A stretch of 64,000 bases of DNA, taken from contig JBBTCT010000006.1 of the NCBI GenBank assembly GCA_038060895.1, forward strand, positions 60,600 through 124,599, in the 5' to 3' direction. The translations under genes and the position numbers were made by a program. The DNA comes from Planctomycetota bacterium. Its GTDB lineage: Bacteria; Planctomycetota; MHYJ01; WSZJ01. The notes under the pieces are model-generated. The model had not been told where the DNA came from. It did no database searches and saw nothing but the letters and a program-made list of their open reading frames with translations. This document shows, piece after piece, positions 48,180-57,502 of the stretch. Every line of letters begins with the position of its first letter. The first letter of the stretch is position 1.

Positions 48180-49370
48180 GTGGAAAGAGTCGCGATCATC
48201 GACGGCGTGCGCACCCCGATGGGGATGCTGGGCGGCGCGTTCCGCGACCTGACGGCGCAGCGGCTCGGGGAGCTGGTGGTGCGCGATCTCCTGAAGCGCA
48301 CGAAGCTCGACCCCGCGAAGATCGAGCACGTCGTCTTTGGCTGCTGCGGGCAGTCGTCGGACGCGCCGAACATCGCGCGCGTCCTGTCGCTCCAGGCCGG
48401 GATCCCGAAGGAGGTCCCGGCGTTCACGGTCATGCGCAACTGCGCGAGCGGGATCCAGGCGCTCTCGACCGCGGCGCAGAACATCCTGACGGGCGAAGCG
48501 GACGTGCAGATCGCCGGCGGGACGGAGTGCATGAGCGCGTTTCCCTTCGTGTCGCGCGACCTTCGCTTCGGGCACAAGCTCCAGAACAGCGCGCTGGTGG
48601 ACACGATCTGGGAAGGGCTGACTGACCCTGTCGCGAACATTCTTATGGGCCAGACGGCGGAGAATCTCGCGGCGGAGTTCGGGATCACGCGCGCCGAGCA
48701 GGACGCGTACGCGGTGGAATCGCACAAGAAGGCGTTCCGGGCGACGCGGGAAGGGAAGTTCAAGGAGGAGATCGCGCCGGTCGAGGTGCCGAAGAAGGTG
48801 CTCGGCAAGCCGGTCGCGCCCGATGTTGTCGCGACCGACGAGGGAATCAACGCGGGGATCTCGCTCAACGTGCTGGCGCTTCACCCGACGATCTTCAAGG
48901 AAGGCGGCACCGTCACGCCGGGCAATTCCTGCCCGATCAGCGACGCGGCGTGCGCGCTTCTCGTCATGTCCGAGAAAAAAGCCGCGGCGCTCGGCCTCGA
49001 GCCGCTGGGGTTCGTGAAATCGTGGGCGTACGCCGGTCTCGAACCCGAACGCATGGGCCTCGGCCCGTGCCGCGCCACGCCGCTCGCCCTTCAGCGCGCC
49101 GGCCTCGAGATGAAGGACGTGCAGCTCTTCGAGCTCAACGAAGCCTTCGCCGCGCAGGTCCTCGCCTGCCGCAAAAACGGCGGCTTCCCGTCCGACCTCA
49201 CTAACGTCAACGGCGGCGCCATCGCCCTGGGCCACCCGGTCGGGATGACCGGCGCCCGCCTGGTCCTGACTCTTCTCCGGGAACTCAAGCGCCGCGGCCA
49301 GAAAACCGGCGTCGCCACGCTCTGCGTCGGCGGCGGGCAGGGCGCGGCAATCGTCGTGGAGCGCAACTGA
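48180..49370 (+). CDS. Acetyl-CoA C-acyltransferase (thiolase)
   Basis: NCASG, ELNEAFA, GGAIALGHP, TLCVGGGQG. Confidence 0.96.
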   Translation: MERVAIIDGVRTPMGMLGGAFRDLTAQRLGELVVRDLLKRTKLDPAKIEHVVFGCCGQSSDAPNIARVLSLQAGIPKEVPAFTVMRNCASGIQALSTAAQNILTGEADVQIAGGTECMSAFPFVSRDLRFGHKLQNSALVDTIWEGLTDPVANILMGQTAENLAAEFGITRAEQDAYAVESHKKAFRATREGKFKEEIAPVEVPKKVLGKPVAPDVVATDEGINAGISLNVLALHPTIFKEGGTVTPGNSCPISDAACALLVMSEKKAAALGLEPLGFVKSWAYAGLEPERMGLGPCRATPLALQRAGLEMKDVQLFELNEAFAAQVLACRKNGGFPSDLTNVNGGAIALGHPVGMTGARLVLTLLRELKRRGQKTGVATLCVGGGQGAAIVVERN

Positions 49371-50581
49371 TGGCCATTTACAAGGCGGGCGTGCTGGGGG
49401 CGGGGCTCATGGGAAGCGGGATCGCGCAGGCGATCACGTTCGCGGGGCTGCCGGTCGTGCTGCGGGACGTGAACGACGCGCTGGTGCAGAAGGGCCTCGC
49501 GAACATCCGCAAGATCTACGAGGGGCGGGTGAAGAAGGGGAAGATGAGCCAGGAGGAGGTCGAGGCGAAGATGGGGCTCGTTACGGGGTCAACGAGCGAC
49601 GCGGACTTCGCGGACTGCGACATCGTGATCGAGGCGATTCCCGAGGAGATGGAGCTGAAGCGAAAGGGGTTCGCGGCGATGGATGCGGCGTGCCCGGAGC
49701 ACGCGATCCTTGTCTCGAACACGTCGTCGCTGTCGATCAGCGCGATTGCCGCTTCGACAAAGCGCCCTGACAAAGTTGCGGGCCTGCACTTCTTCTACCC
49801 GGCGCCGGTGATGAAGCTCGTCGAGGTGATCCCGGGTCTGCAGACGTCGCAGGAAACCGTCGACGCGCTTGTGTCCTTCACCGAGTCGATCCGCAAGCTG
49901 CCCGTGCGCGTGAAGGAATGCCCGGGCTTCCTCGTGAATCGCCTGCTGATGCCGTACCTGAACGAAGCCGCGTTCTGCCTCCAGGAAGGCGCGGCTTCCG
50001 CGAAGGAGATCGACGCCGCCGCCGTCGCGTGGGGCTGGCCGATGGGCCCGTTCACGCTCGCCGACGAGCTCGGCCTCGACATCTGCGCGCACGTCGGGAA
50101 CATCCTGCTCGAGGGCTACGGCCCGCGCATGCGCCCCGCTCCCATCATCGGGAGCCTCTTCGAGAAGAAAATGTTCGGCCGCAAGAGCGGCGCGGGGTTC
50201 TACACCTATGACGATCGCCCGGACCCGGCCGCAGGGGTGCTCGCCGGCTTCCAGCGCGAAACAAAGATCATTGGCGCGGCGTTCTCGATGGAGCGGCTCA
50301 TGTACGCGATGGTCAACGAAGCGGCGTTCGCGCTCGAGGAAAACGTCGCTTCGCCGTCCGACATCGACCTCGCAATGGTTGCGGGGACCGGGTTCCCGAT
50401 GGCGAAGGAAGGGTTGCTGCGGTGGGCGGACTCGGTCGGGCTGGACCGGATCCTGGGGTCGCTGGACGTCTGGAAGCGGACCGCCGGCGAACGGTTCTGG
50501 CCGGCGGCGCTTCTCCGGAGGATGGTGGGGGCGGGAATGACAGGCAAGTCGGCAAGAAAGGGTTTCTTCGAGTACGCGTGA
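49370..50581 (+). CDS. 3-hydroxyacyl-CoA dehydrogenase with duplicated C-terminal domain
   Basis: GAGLMGSG, SNTSSL, GLHFF, GFLVNRLL; two 3HCDH C-domains. Confidence 0.93.
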   Translation: MAIYKAGVLGAGLMGSGIAQAITFAGLPVVLRDVNDALVQKGLANIRKIYEGRVKKGKMSQEEVEAKMGLVTGSTSDADFADCDIVIEAIPEEMELKRKGFAAMDAACPEHAILVSNTSSLSISAIAASTKRPDKVAGLHFFYPAPVMKLVEVIPGLQTSQETVDALVSFTESIRKLPVRVKECPGFLVNRLLMPYLNEAAFCLQEGAASAKEIDAAAVAWGWPMGPFTLADELGLDICAHVGNILLEGYGPRMRPAPIIGSLFEKKMFGRKSGAGFYTYDDRPDPAAGVLAGFQRETKIIGAAFSMERLMYAMVNEAAFALEENVASPSDIDLAMVAGTGFPMAKEGLLRWADSVGLDRILGSLDVWKRTAGERFWPAALLRRMVGAGMTGKSARKGFFEYA

Positions 50582-50592
50582 AGGAGTTAGCC

Positions 50593-51369
50593 ATGCCCGA
50601 TCACATCAAGCAGTCGCTCGAGGACGGCGTCGCGACGCTCGTAATCTCGCACCCGCCCGTAAACCTCCTCTCGTCGAAGATATTCGGCGAGATCCGCGAG
50701 ACGCTGGAAGCCCTTCAGAAAGACCCGGCCGTCCGCGCCGCCGTCATCACCGGCGAGGGCCAGACGTTCGCCGCGGGCGCCGACATCAACGAGATCCTCA
50801 CGATCACCGGCCCCGACCAGGCGAAGGCGCTTCTCGCCAAGGGCCGCGAGTTCATGGACTTCCTCGAAAACTCGCCGCTTCCCCTCATCGCCGCCGTGAA
50901 CGGCGCGTGCATCGGCGGCGGGCTCGAGCTCGTGCTCGCCTGTCACCTGCGCCTCGCCAGCGACAAAGCGCGCTTCGGATTGCCGGAAATCGGCCTCGGC
51001 ATCATCCCCGGCCTGGGTGGCACGCAGCGGCTTGCGCGGCTCGTCGGCCTGACGCGTGCCACGGAGCTGATCCTCACCGGCGACCTCATCAGCGCGCCCG
51101 TCGCCAACCAGATGGGCCTCGTGAACGCCGTCGTGCCGGAAGCGATGCTGCTCAAGCAGGCGCGCGGCCTCGCGAAGAAAATCGGGGCGCGCTCGAAGGT
51201 TGCCGTGCAGGCGGCGTTGCGAACCCTGGTCAGAGGCAGCCGGCTTGACTTCCAGAAGGGCCTCGACCTCGAGGCGGAAGAGTTCGCGAAGCTCAGCGCG
51301 AGCGCGGACATGAAGGAAGGGCTGAAAGCGTTCATCGAGAAGAGGCCGCCGAAGTTCCAGGACAAGTAA
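50593..51369 (+). CDS. Enoyl-CoA hydratase
   Basis: FAAGADI, GGGLELVLAC, FGLPEIGLGIIPGLGGTQRL. Confidence 0.95.
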   Translation: MPDHIKQSLEDGVATLVISHPPVNLLSSKIFGEIRETLEALQKDPAVRAAVITGEGQTFAAGADINEILTITGPDQAKALLAKGREFMDFLENSPLPLIAAVNGACIGGGLELVLACHLRLASDKARFGLPEIGLGIIPGLGGTQRLARLVGLTRATELILTGDLISAPVANQMGLVNAVVPEAMLLKQARGLAKKIGARSKVAVQAALRTLVRGSRLDFQKGLDLEAEEFAKLSASADMKEGLKAFIEKRPPKFQDK

Positions 51370-51383
51370 CCGGGGGAATCGCC

Positions 51384-51959
51384 ATGGCGCTTCGCGTGCT
51401 GGTTGTGCCGGGAAGCCTTCGGGCCGATTCGTGGAACCGCAAGCTCGCCGGCGTGGCCGCCGACGCGGTGCGTGCGGCCGGCGGGGAGGCGACGCTCGTG
51501 AACCTCCGCGACTTCGACCTGCCGATGTTCGACGAGGACTGCGAGAAGGCGCAGGGGATGCCGGAGGGCGGGAAGAAACTGAAGGAGCTCTTCGCGACGC
51601 ATCCGGCCCACGTGTACTGCTCGCCGGAGTACAACAGCTCCATCTCCGGCGTCCTCAAGAACGCCATCGACTGGGCCTCGCGCGGCGCCGCCGGCGAGCC
51701 GCCGCTCGTGGCGTTCCGCGGCAAGGTCGCGGCGCTTCTGTCCACGTCTCCCGGCGCGCTCGGCGGCCTGCGCGGCCTCGTCCACCTCCGCTCGATCCTC
51801 GGCAACATCGGGGTTCTCGTGCTGCCCGACCAGGTGGCCGTGATGAAGTCGCACGAGGCCTTCGACGCGCAGGGACAGTTGAAGGACGCCCGGCAGGCCG
51901 AGTCCGTGAAGAAGCTGGCCGCCGAGCTCGTCCGCACCGCTTCCAGGCTCACTTCCTGA
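51384..51959 (+). CDS. NADPH-dependent FMN reductase
   Basis: GSLRADSWN, SPEYNSSISGVLKNAIDW, SPGALGGLR. Confidence 0.93.
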   Translation: MALRVLVVPGSLRADSWNRKLAGVAADAVRAAGGEATLVNLRDFDLPMFDEDCEKAQGMPEGGKKLKELFATHPAHVYCSPEYNSSISGVLKNAIDWASRGAAGEPPLVAFRGKVAALLSTSPGALGGLRGLVHLRSILGNIGVLVLPDQVAVMKSHEAFDAQGQLKDARQAESVKKLAAELVRTASRLTS

Positions 51960-51966
51960 GGCCCCC

Positions 51967-53121
51967 ATGGATTTCACATTCACCGAAGAACAACTGATGG
52001 TCCGCGACATGGTCCGGGAGTTCGTGGATCGTGAGGTCCGGCCTCTCGCGGCGAAGATGGACCAGGAGAAGTGGTTCCCGCGTCCGCTGATCCAGCGGGC
52101 GGCGGAGCTGGGGCTCATGGGGCTGCAGTTCCCCGAGGAATACGGCGGGGCGGGGGCTGGCGAAATCGGCTACTGCCTTATGCTCGAGGAAATCGCACGA
52201 GTTTCCGGATCGCTCGGCGTCGTGATGGGCGCGCACCAGTCGATCGGCTGCGGCCCGATCTACCTCGACGGAACGAAGGAACAGAAGGCGAAGTACCTCG
52301 TGCCGATGGCGAAGGGCGAGAAGCTCGGGGCCTTCGCGCTGACGGAGCCCGGCGCAGGATCGGACGCGGCCGCGATCGCGACGACCGCGGTGAAGAAGGG
52401 CGACCGCTGGGTCATCAACGGCTCGAAGCTCTGGGTCTCCAACGGCTCCGAGGCCGACGTCGTCATCGTCTTCGCCCTCACCGACAAGGCCCTCCGCGCC
52501 CATGGCGGCGTCACCGCGTTCATCTGCGAGAAGACGTTCAAGGGCTTCAAGGTCGGCAAGGTCGACGACAAGATGGGCATCCGCGGGTCGCACTCCTGCG
52601 AGCTCTTCTTCGAGGACATGGAAGTCCCGCACGAGAACATCCTCGGCGAGGTCGGCAAGGGCTTCGTCACCGCGATGAAGACGCTCGACCGCGGCCGCCT
52701 CTCCCTCGGCGCCGGCGCACTCGGCATGGCGAAGGAATGCGTCGACCTCTCCCTGAAGCACGCTTCCCAGCGCCACCAGTTCGGCGAGCCCATCAACACC
52801 AAGCAGGCCGTCCAGTTCATGCTCGCCGAGATGGCCGCCGACGTCTTCCAGATGGAGTCCATTGTCTACCGCACCGCGTGGATGTGCGACTCCGGCCAGA
52901 AGTTCTCGCGCGAGTCGGCGATCGTGAAGTTCGTCTGCAGCGAAGCCGGCTCCCGCGTCGTCGACAACGCCCTCCAGATCCACGGCGGCATGGGGTATAT
53001 GACCGAGTGCCCCGTCGAACGCATGTACCGCGACGCACGCATCAACCGGATCTTCGAGGGGACGAACGAGATCCAGAGGCTGGTGGTGGCCGCGGACATG
53101 ATCAAGAAGGGACGGTACTGA
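51967..53121 (+). CDS. Acyl-CoA dehydrogenase
   Basis: FALTEPGAGSD, NGSKLWVSN, KMGIRGS, QIHGGMGY, IFEGTNEIQR. Confidence 0.96.
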   Translation: MDFTFTEEQLMVRDMVREFVDREVRPLAAKMDQEKWFPRPLIQRAAELGLMGLQFPEEYGGAGAGEIGYCLMLEEIARVSGSLGVVMGAHQSIGCGPIYLDGTKEQKAKYLVPMAKGEKLGAFALTEPGAGSDAAAIATTAVKKGDRWVINGSKLWVSNGSEADVVIVFALTDKALRAHGGVTAFICEKTFKGFKVGKVDDKMGIRGSHSCELFFEDMEVPHENILGEVGKGFVTAMKTLDRGRLSLGAGALGMAKECVDLSLKHASQRHQFGEPINTKQAVQFMLAEMAADVFQMESIVYRTAWMCDSGQKFSRESAIVKFVCSEAGSRVVDNALQIHGGMGYMTECPVERMYRDARINRIFEGTNEIQRLVVAADMIKKGRY

Positions 53122-53651
53122 TCCGCCTCCTCGTCCTCTGCCACGCCGTTCCCGACCTCACCAACCTGTCGCTCTCGAGGTCGCAGGACCGAGTCTTTGA
53201 AAAGGGGAAGCGCCAGTTGTTTGGGCCGAGCGCGGTGGCCGTGGAAGCGGCGCTGCGCGCGAAGGCTTCCGGGGACGCAGTGATCGCGCTCGCATGGGGC
53301 GATGAGGCCAATCGAGAGGCGCTCCGGAAGGCCCTCGCGATGGGCGTCGACCGTGCCGCGTGGACCGCGGGCGACCCGGTGGAAGCGGCGAAGGCGCTCG
53401 GCGCGGAAAAGGTCTTCGCTTCGACGCGTTCCCCGCAGGGTGCCGACCCGCTCCCGTGGCGACTCGCGGGCGTGCTGGGGCGGGGGCCGGACTTCGTTGA
53501 CCTGTCGGCGCCGGACGCGTTCGCGCCGCGGATCCCGAATGCGCTGGCGGCGATGAAGTCGGCGAAGCGCGAGATTGAGGTGGTCGCAGCGCCGGCGGAC
53601 TCGCGGCTGGTCCTGCGCTGGGCGACGCTCATCGCCGCGGAGGAAGCATGA
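53118..53651 (+). CDS. Truncated, divergent ETF beta-like subunit with apparent CTG start
   Basis: LIRLLVLCHAVPD corresponds to the EtfB N-terminus; AVEAALR, LRKALAMGVDRA, PRIP..MKSAKREIE; CTGA overlap with the upstream stop. Confidence 0.7.
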   Translation: MIRLLVLCHAVPDLTNLSLSRSQDRVFEKGKRQLFGPSAVAVEAALRAKASGDAVIALAWGDEANREALRKALAMGVDRAAWTAGDPVEAAKALGAEKVFASTRSPQGADPLPWRLAGVLGRGPDFVDLSAPDAFAPRIPNALAAMKSAKREIEVVAAPADSRLVLRWATLIAAEEA

Positions 53652-54154
53652 CCGACTGGAGCGGCATCGCGGTGATTGCGCCGGCGTGGACGCCGGTGGC
53701 GGCTCGGCTGGTGTCGCGCGGCCGGGAGATGGCGAATTCGCTCGGGTGCTACCTGCGCGTCGTGACGGAAGCGGCGCATGTCGCGGAGGCGGGCGCGGCC
53801 GGGGCGGACGAGGTCCTGACGTCGGACGATATCTGCGCGGGCAAACTCGATCCGTGGATCCGCTCCGCGACGCCGGAAGCGCTTCTACTCGAGGACACGC
53901 CGCACTGCGCGCGCATCGCGGGCCGTCTCGCGGGGATTTTCGTCGCGCCGATCCTGGCGGGCGTGGTCAGCGTCGACTTCGACCTCAACGAACGCCTGCT
54001 GCTGATGCGGATCGAGACGTTCGGCGGGCGGCAGCTCGAGGAATGGGCGGCGATTCCCGAAGCGAAACCGGTCTTCGCACTGGTGAAGGCCGAGCGCCTG
54101 CCGGAACCGATGCCGGGGTACGGCCGCGAACCTGAGGTCAGGCCGCTGTCCTAG
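53648..54154 (+). CDS. Truncated ETF alpha-like subunit (N-terminal domain only)
   Basis: AAGADEV, IAGRLAG, RIETFGG motifs; ends before the FAD-binding domain; ATGA overlap. Confidence 0.65.
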   Translation: MTDWSGIAVIAPAWTPVAARLVSRGREMANSLGCYLRVVTEAAHVAEAGAAGADEVLTSDDICAGKLDPWIRSATPEALLLEDTPHCARIAGRLAGIFVAPILAGVVSVDFDLNERLLLMRIETFGGRQLEEWAAIPEAKPVFALVKAERLPEPMPGYGREPEVRPLS

Positions 54155-54163
54155 GAGTCGTTC

Positions 54164-54198
54164 CTGCCTCCTACCCACTACCCCCTACCTCCTCCTCC
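54164..54198. repeat. CTAC-type heptad array at a convergent junction
   Basis: CCTGCCT CCTACCC ACTACCC CCTACCT CCTCCT. Confidence 0.5.
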
Positions 54199-54230
54199 GT
54201 TTCGCCCACGGCCGCACTCCAGCGAAGGCC

Positions 54231-55355
54231 CTACTTCTTCGCCCCGACCTTCGCCTTGGTCTTCGTCTTCCGCGGTTTGTCCCCCGCCAGCACGCGCACC
54301 TCGTCTGCGACAAGGTCCCCGATCTTGTCGCACGGCATCGCGCCGGCCTGGAGGCTTGCCACGCGCTTCGTCGCCAGCAGCCCGCTGACGGCCTTCTCGA
54401 CGAGCGCCGCTTCCTCGGTCCGCCCGACGTGGTCGAGCAGCATGCCCATCGCGTTGATCGCCGCGAGCGGGTTCGCCTTGTTCTGGCCCTTGTACTTGGG
54501 GGCGCTTCCGTGAATCGGCTCGAACATCGAGACCTTGCCGGGATTGATGTTGCCGCCGGCGGCGATGCCGAGGCCGCCCTGCAGCATGGCGCCGAGGTCG
54601 GTGATGATGTCGCCGAAGAGGTTGGTGGTGACGACGGTGTCGAAGGCTTCGGGGTTCTTGACCATCCACATCGTGCAGGCGTCGACGTACATCGCGTCCT
54701 GCTGGACCTTCGGGAATTCCTTGCCGACCTCCGCGAACGTGCGCCGCCAGATGTCGTGCGCGCGGATCGCGTTGGCCTTGTCCACGAGCGAGAGCTTGAA
54801 GGCCTTCTTGCGGTCCATGCAGCGCTGGTAGGCGTAGCGGATGACGCGCTCGACGCCCTTGCGCGTGTAGATCATCTCCTGGATCGCGACCTCGTCCGGC
54901 GTCCCCTTTTTCAGGAACCCCATGATCCCCGCGTACGCATCCTCCGTGTTCTCGCGCACCACGAGCATGTCGAGGTCCTTCACGCCTTTGCCTTTCAGCG
55001 GACAAAGGTCCTCGCTGTAGAGCTTGATCGGGCGCAGGTTGACGTAGAGGTCGAGCTTGAAGCGCAGTGCGCCGACGATCCCGAATTCAAGGAAGCCGGC
55101 TTCGAAGCGCGGGTCGCCGATGGCGCCGAGGAAGATCGCGTCGAGCTCCTTGATCTCGCTCCAGATCGAGTCGGGCAGGACGACGCCCTTGCCGGGGCCG
55201 CCCGTCGCCACGCAATGGTCCGCGCCGTAAGGCCATTCGATGCGCTCGACGTCGAACCCGCGCAGCTCGCACAGCGTGTCGAGAACCTTGAGCCCCTGGT
55301 CGCAGACCTCGGGACCGATGCCGTCGCCGCCGAGCACGCCGATCTTGATCGTCAT
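54231..55355 (-). CDS. leuB: 3-isopropylmalate dehydrogenase (beta-decarboxylating dehydrogenase family)
   Basis: GDGIGPEV, LYVNLRPI, VRENTE, NLFGDIITD, FEPIHGSAP. Confidence 0.85.
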   Translation of the reverse strand: MTIKIGVLGGDGIGPEVCDQGLKVLDTLCELRGFDVERIEWPYGADHCVATGGPGKGVVLPDSIWSEIKELDAIFLGAIGDPRFEAGFLEFGIVGALRFKLDLYVNLRPIKLYSEDLCPLKGKGVKDLDMLVVRENTEDAYAGIMGFLKKGTPDEVAIQEMIYTRKGVERVIRYAYQRCMDRKKAFKLSLVDKANAIRAHDIWRRTFAEVGKEFPKVQQDAMYVDACTMWMVKNPEAFDTVVTTNLFGDIITDLGAMLQGGLGIAAGGNINPGKVSMFEPIHGSAPKYKGQNKANPLAAINAMGMLLDHVGRTEEAALVEKAVSGLLATKRVASLQAGAMPCDKIGDLVADEVRVLAGDKPRKTKTKAKVGAKK

Positions 55356-55423
55356 GAAAGTCTCCTGGGTGTTTGCGCGCCGAGATTGTAGTCGTGCTTC
55401 GGGCTTTGAGAAGGAAGCGCGTT

Positions 55424-57406
55424 CTACGGTTCGTCGTCGAACTCGACGCGGCAGGGCGGAAGGGCATCCAGGAACCGCCGCCCGTAGCTTTTCGACGCGA
55501 TCCGCGAATCGAGCACCACGACGATCCCCCTGTCCGTGCGCGTCCGGATCAGCCGTCCAAACCCCTGCCGGAACATGAGAATGGCCGCCGGCAGGTCGAG
55601 TTCCTTGAACGCGTTGCCGCCGCGTTTCTTGATCAGCTCGTGGCGCGCTTCGGTCAAGGGCTCGGACGGGTTCGGAAAGGGAAGCTTCGTCACGATCACG
55701 TTTTCCAGCGCCTCCCCCGGCACGTCCACGCCGTGCCAGAACGACTCGACGCCGAAGACGACCGTCCCCGGCGCGCGCTTCATCTCGGCGATCATCTTGT
55801 CCCGCGTCATGCCGCTTCCCTGCACCAGGATCGGCCGGTCCCACTCCGCGGAGACGCGCTCGTGGACCTTGCGCATGGTGACGAAGCTCGTGAACAGGAC
55901 CAGCGCGCGGCCGTCGGAGCGGCGGAGGTACTTGAGGATTTTCGAGGGAAGCGCGGCGGCCCACTCGGCGGACTGGAGGGGGGACGGCATCGCGCGCGCG
56001 ATGATGAGGGTGGCCTGCTGCTCGAAGTCGAAGGGACTGCCGACGGAGATCGACTCGACGTCCCTGGCGCCGAGGCGGGCGCGCATTCCGTCGAAATCGC
56101 CGTGGCCGGTGCTGAGCGTGGCGCTCGTGAGGATCGCGGGGCGGTCCTTGACGAAGAGCGCCTTTTCCAGCGTCGGGCCCGCCTCGACGGGAACGCGCCG
56201 GAGTTCCCAGCCGCCTCGGCCGGTGCGCTCGACCCAGGTGACCGTGTCGGCGTCGTGGACGAGGAGCGAACGGAGAGAGTCGGCGCGCTGGTCGAGACGT
56301 TTCGAGAGCCGCGAGAGTTCCTCGGCGATCTCCTTCGACTTCGCCTCCGGGATCAGCTCGCGCAACTCCTGCCCGAGGTCTTCGAGCGGCTTTGCCGCGG
56401 CGTCGTTCCAGTCGCCGGGCTCGCGGACGCGCAGCACGACCTCGAGCGGGTCGCCCGATTCCGTCCGGCGGCCGTGCGCGGCGGCCCAGCGGTCCAGCTC
56501 TAGGAAGAACTTCGATTCGCGTTCACGCGCTTCCCCGACCAGCCGCGCCGGCAGGTGGGGCACTTCGAACTTCTGCAGGATGCCTGTCTTCCGCCGGTCG
56601 CTCAGCACTTCGGCGAGCAGCCGCACGCCCGGCTTGCGCCGGAATTCGAGGCCCATCTGGTCCAGCGCGACCTTCTCGAAGGCGTGCGCTTCGTCGATCA
56701 CGATCGCCGCGGAATCCGGGAGGAGCTTTCCGCCGTTGGCCCGGGCTTTGAGATCGATCACGAGAAGCGCGTGGTTCGCGACGATGATCTGGGACGAGAG
56801 GAGCCGTTTGCGCGCCAGGTGGTAATGACAAGGCTGCTCTTTGCGCGACGCCGGCGTGCACGAGTCGTCGCAGCAGACCTTGGCCCAGACGTCCTCCGGG
56901 ATCGCGAACGGCGCGGCCGTACGGTCGCAGATCCCTCCTTCGCGGAACCACGCCGCGATCCGTCCCGTCACCGGACCCGGGTCGTCCTCAAACGCCAGCT
57001 CCGGCTGCTCTACCGCAAGGCGCAGGCGCGGGCCGCACAGGTACTGGCCGCGGCCTTTCGCGAGCGCTGCCGTGAATTTCACTGGCATGAATTTCTGAAG
57101 TGCCGGGATGTCCTTCCCCACAAGCTGTTCCTGAAGCACGATCGTGTTCGTGGCGACGAGAACGGGCTTCTCCGTCCGAAGCGCGTGCAGGATCGCGGGC
57201 ACCAGGTAGGCGAAGCTCTTGCCGACTCCCGTCCCGGCCTCGGCGATGAGGTGCTGTTTCCCCGCGAGCGCGCGCTCCACCGCTTCCGCCATCTCGCGCT
57301 GCTGCGGGCGCCACTCGTGACCGCGAAATGCCTTCGCGAGCAAGCCTTCCGCGCCAAAGACATCGTCGGCGCGAAGGGGCGGCACGGTGGTGTTTTCAGC
57401 GGGCAT
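55424..57406 (-). CDS. dinG: DinG/YoaA family Fe-S ATP-dependent DNA helicase
   Basis: RPQQREM Q-motif, EAGTGVGKS, Cys cluster, IDEAH, TSATL, GVDVPG, QGFGRLIR. Confidence 0.93.
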   Translation of the reverse strand: MPAENTTVPPLRADDVFGAEGLLAKAFRGHEWRPQQREMAEAVERALAGKQHLIAEAGTGVGKSFAYLVPAILHALRTEKPVLVATNTIVLQEQLVGKDIPALQKFMPVKFTAALAKGRGQYLCGPRLRLAVEQPELAFEDDPGPVTGRIAAWFREGGICDRTAAPFAIPEDVWAKVCCDDSCTPASRKEQPCHYHLARKRLLSSQIIVANHALLVIDLKARANGGKLLPDSAAIVIDEAHAFEKVALDQMGLEFRRKPGVRLLAEVLSDRRKTGILQKFEVPHLPARLVGEARERESKFFLELDRWAAAHGRRTESGDPLEVVLRVREPGDWNDAAAKPLEDLGQELRELIPEAKSKEIAEELSRLSKRLDQRADSLRSLLVHDADTVTWVERTGRGGWELRRVPVEAGPTLEKALFVKDRPAILTSATLSTGHGDFDGMRARLGARDVESISVGSPFDFEQQATLIIARAMPSPLQSAEWAAALPSKILKYLRRSDGRALVLFTSFVTMRKVHERVSAEWDRPILVQGSGMTRDKMIAEMKRAPGTVVFGVESFWHGVDVPGEALENVIVTKLPFPNPSEPLTEARHELIKKRGGNAFKELDLPAAILMFRQGFGRLIRTRTDRGIVVVLDSRIASKSYGRRFLDALPPCRVEFDDEP

Positions 57407-57502
57407 CGGACGGGGAGGCTACGCAGAGGGGCCGGGGACATCAAGCGCCCGGGCAGAAGCTCTTCCTTTATGAACCCCTGCAGCGGACATATCATCAAAC
57501 GC

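Noticed and set aside
56555-57502. Apparent 316-aa N-terminal extension of the aconitase (973-aa ORF)
   Set aside because: Overlaps dinG antisense; the real start at 57503 is supported by the domain boundary and the TATCAT box
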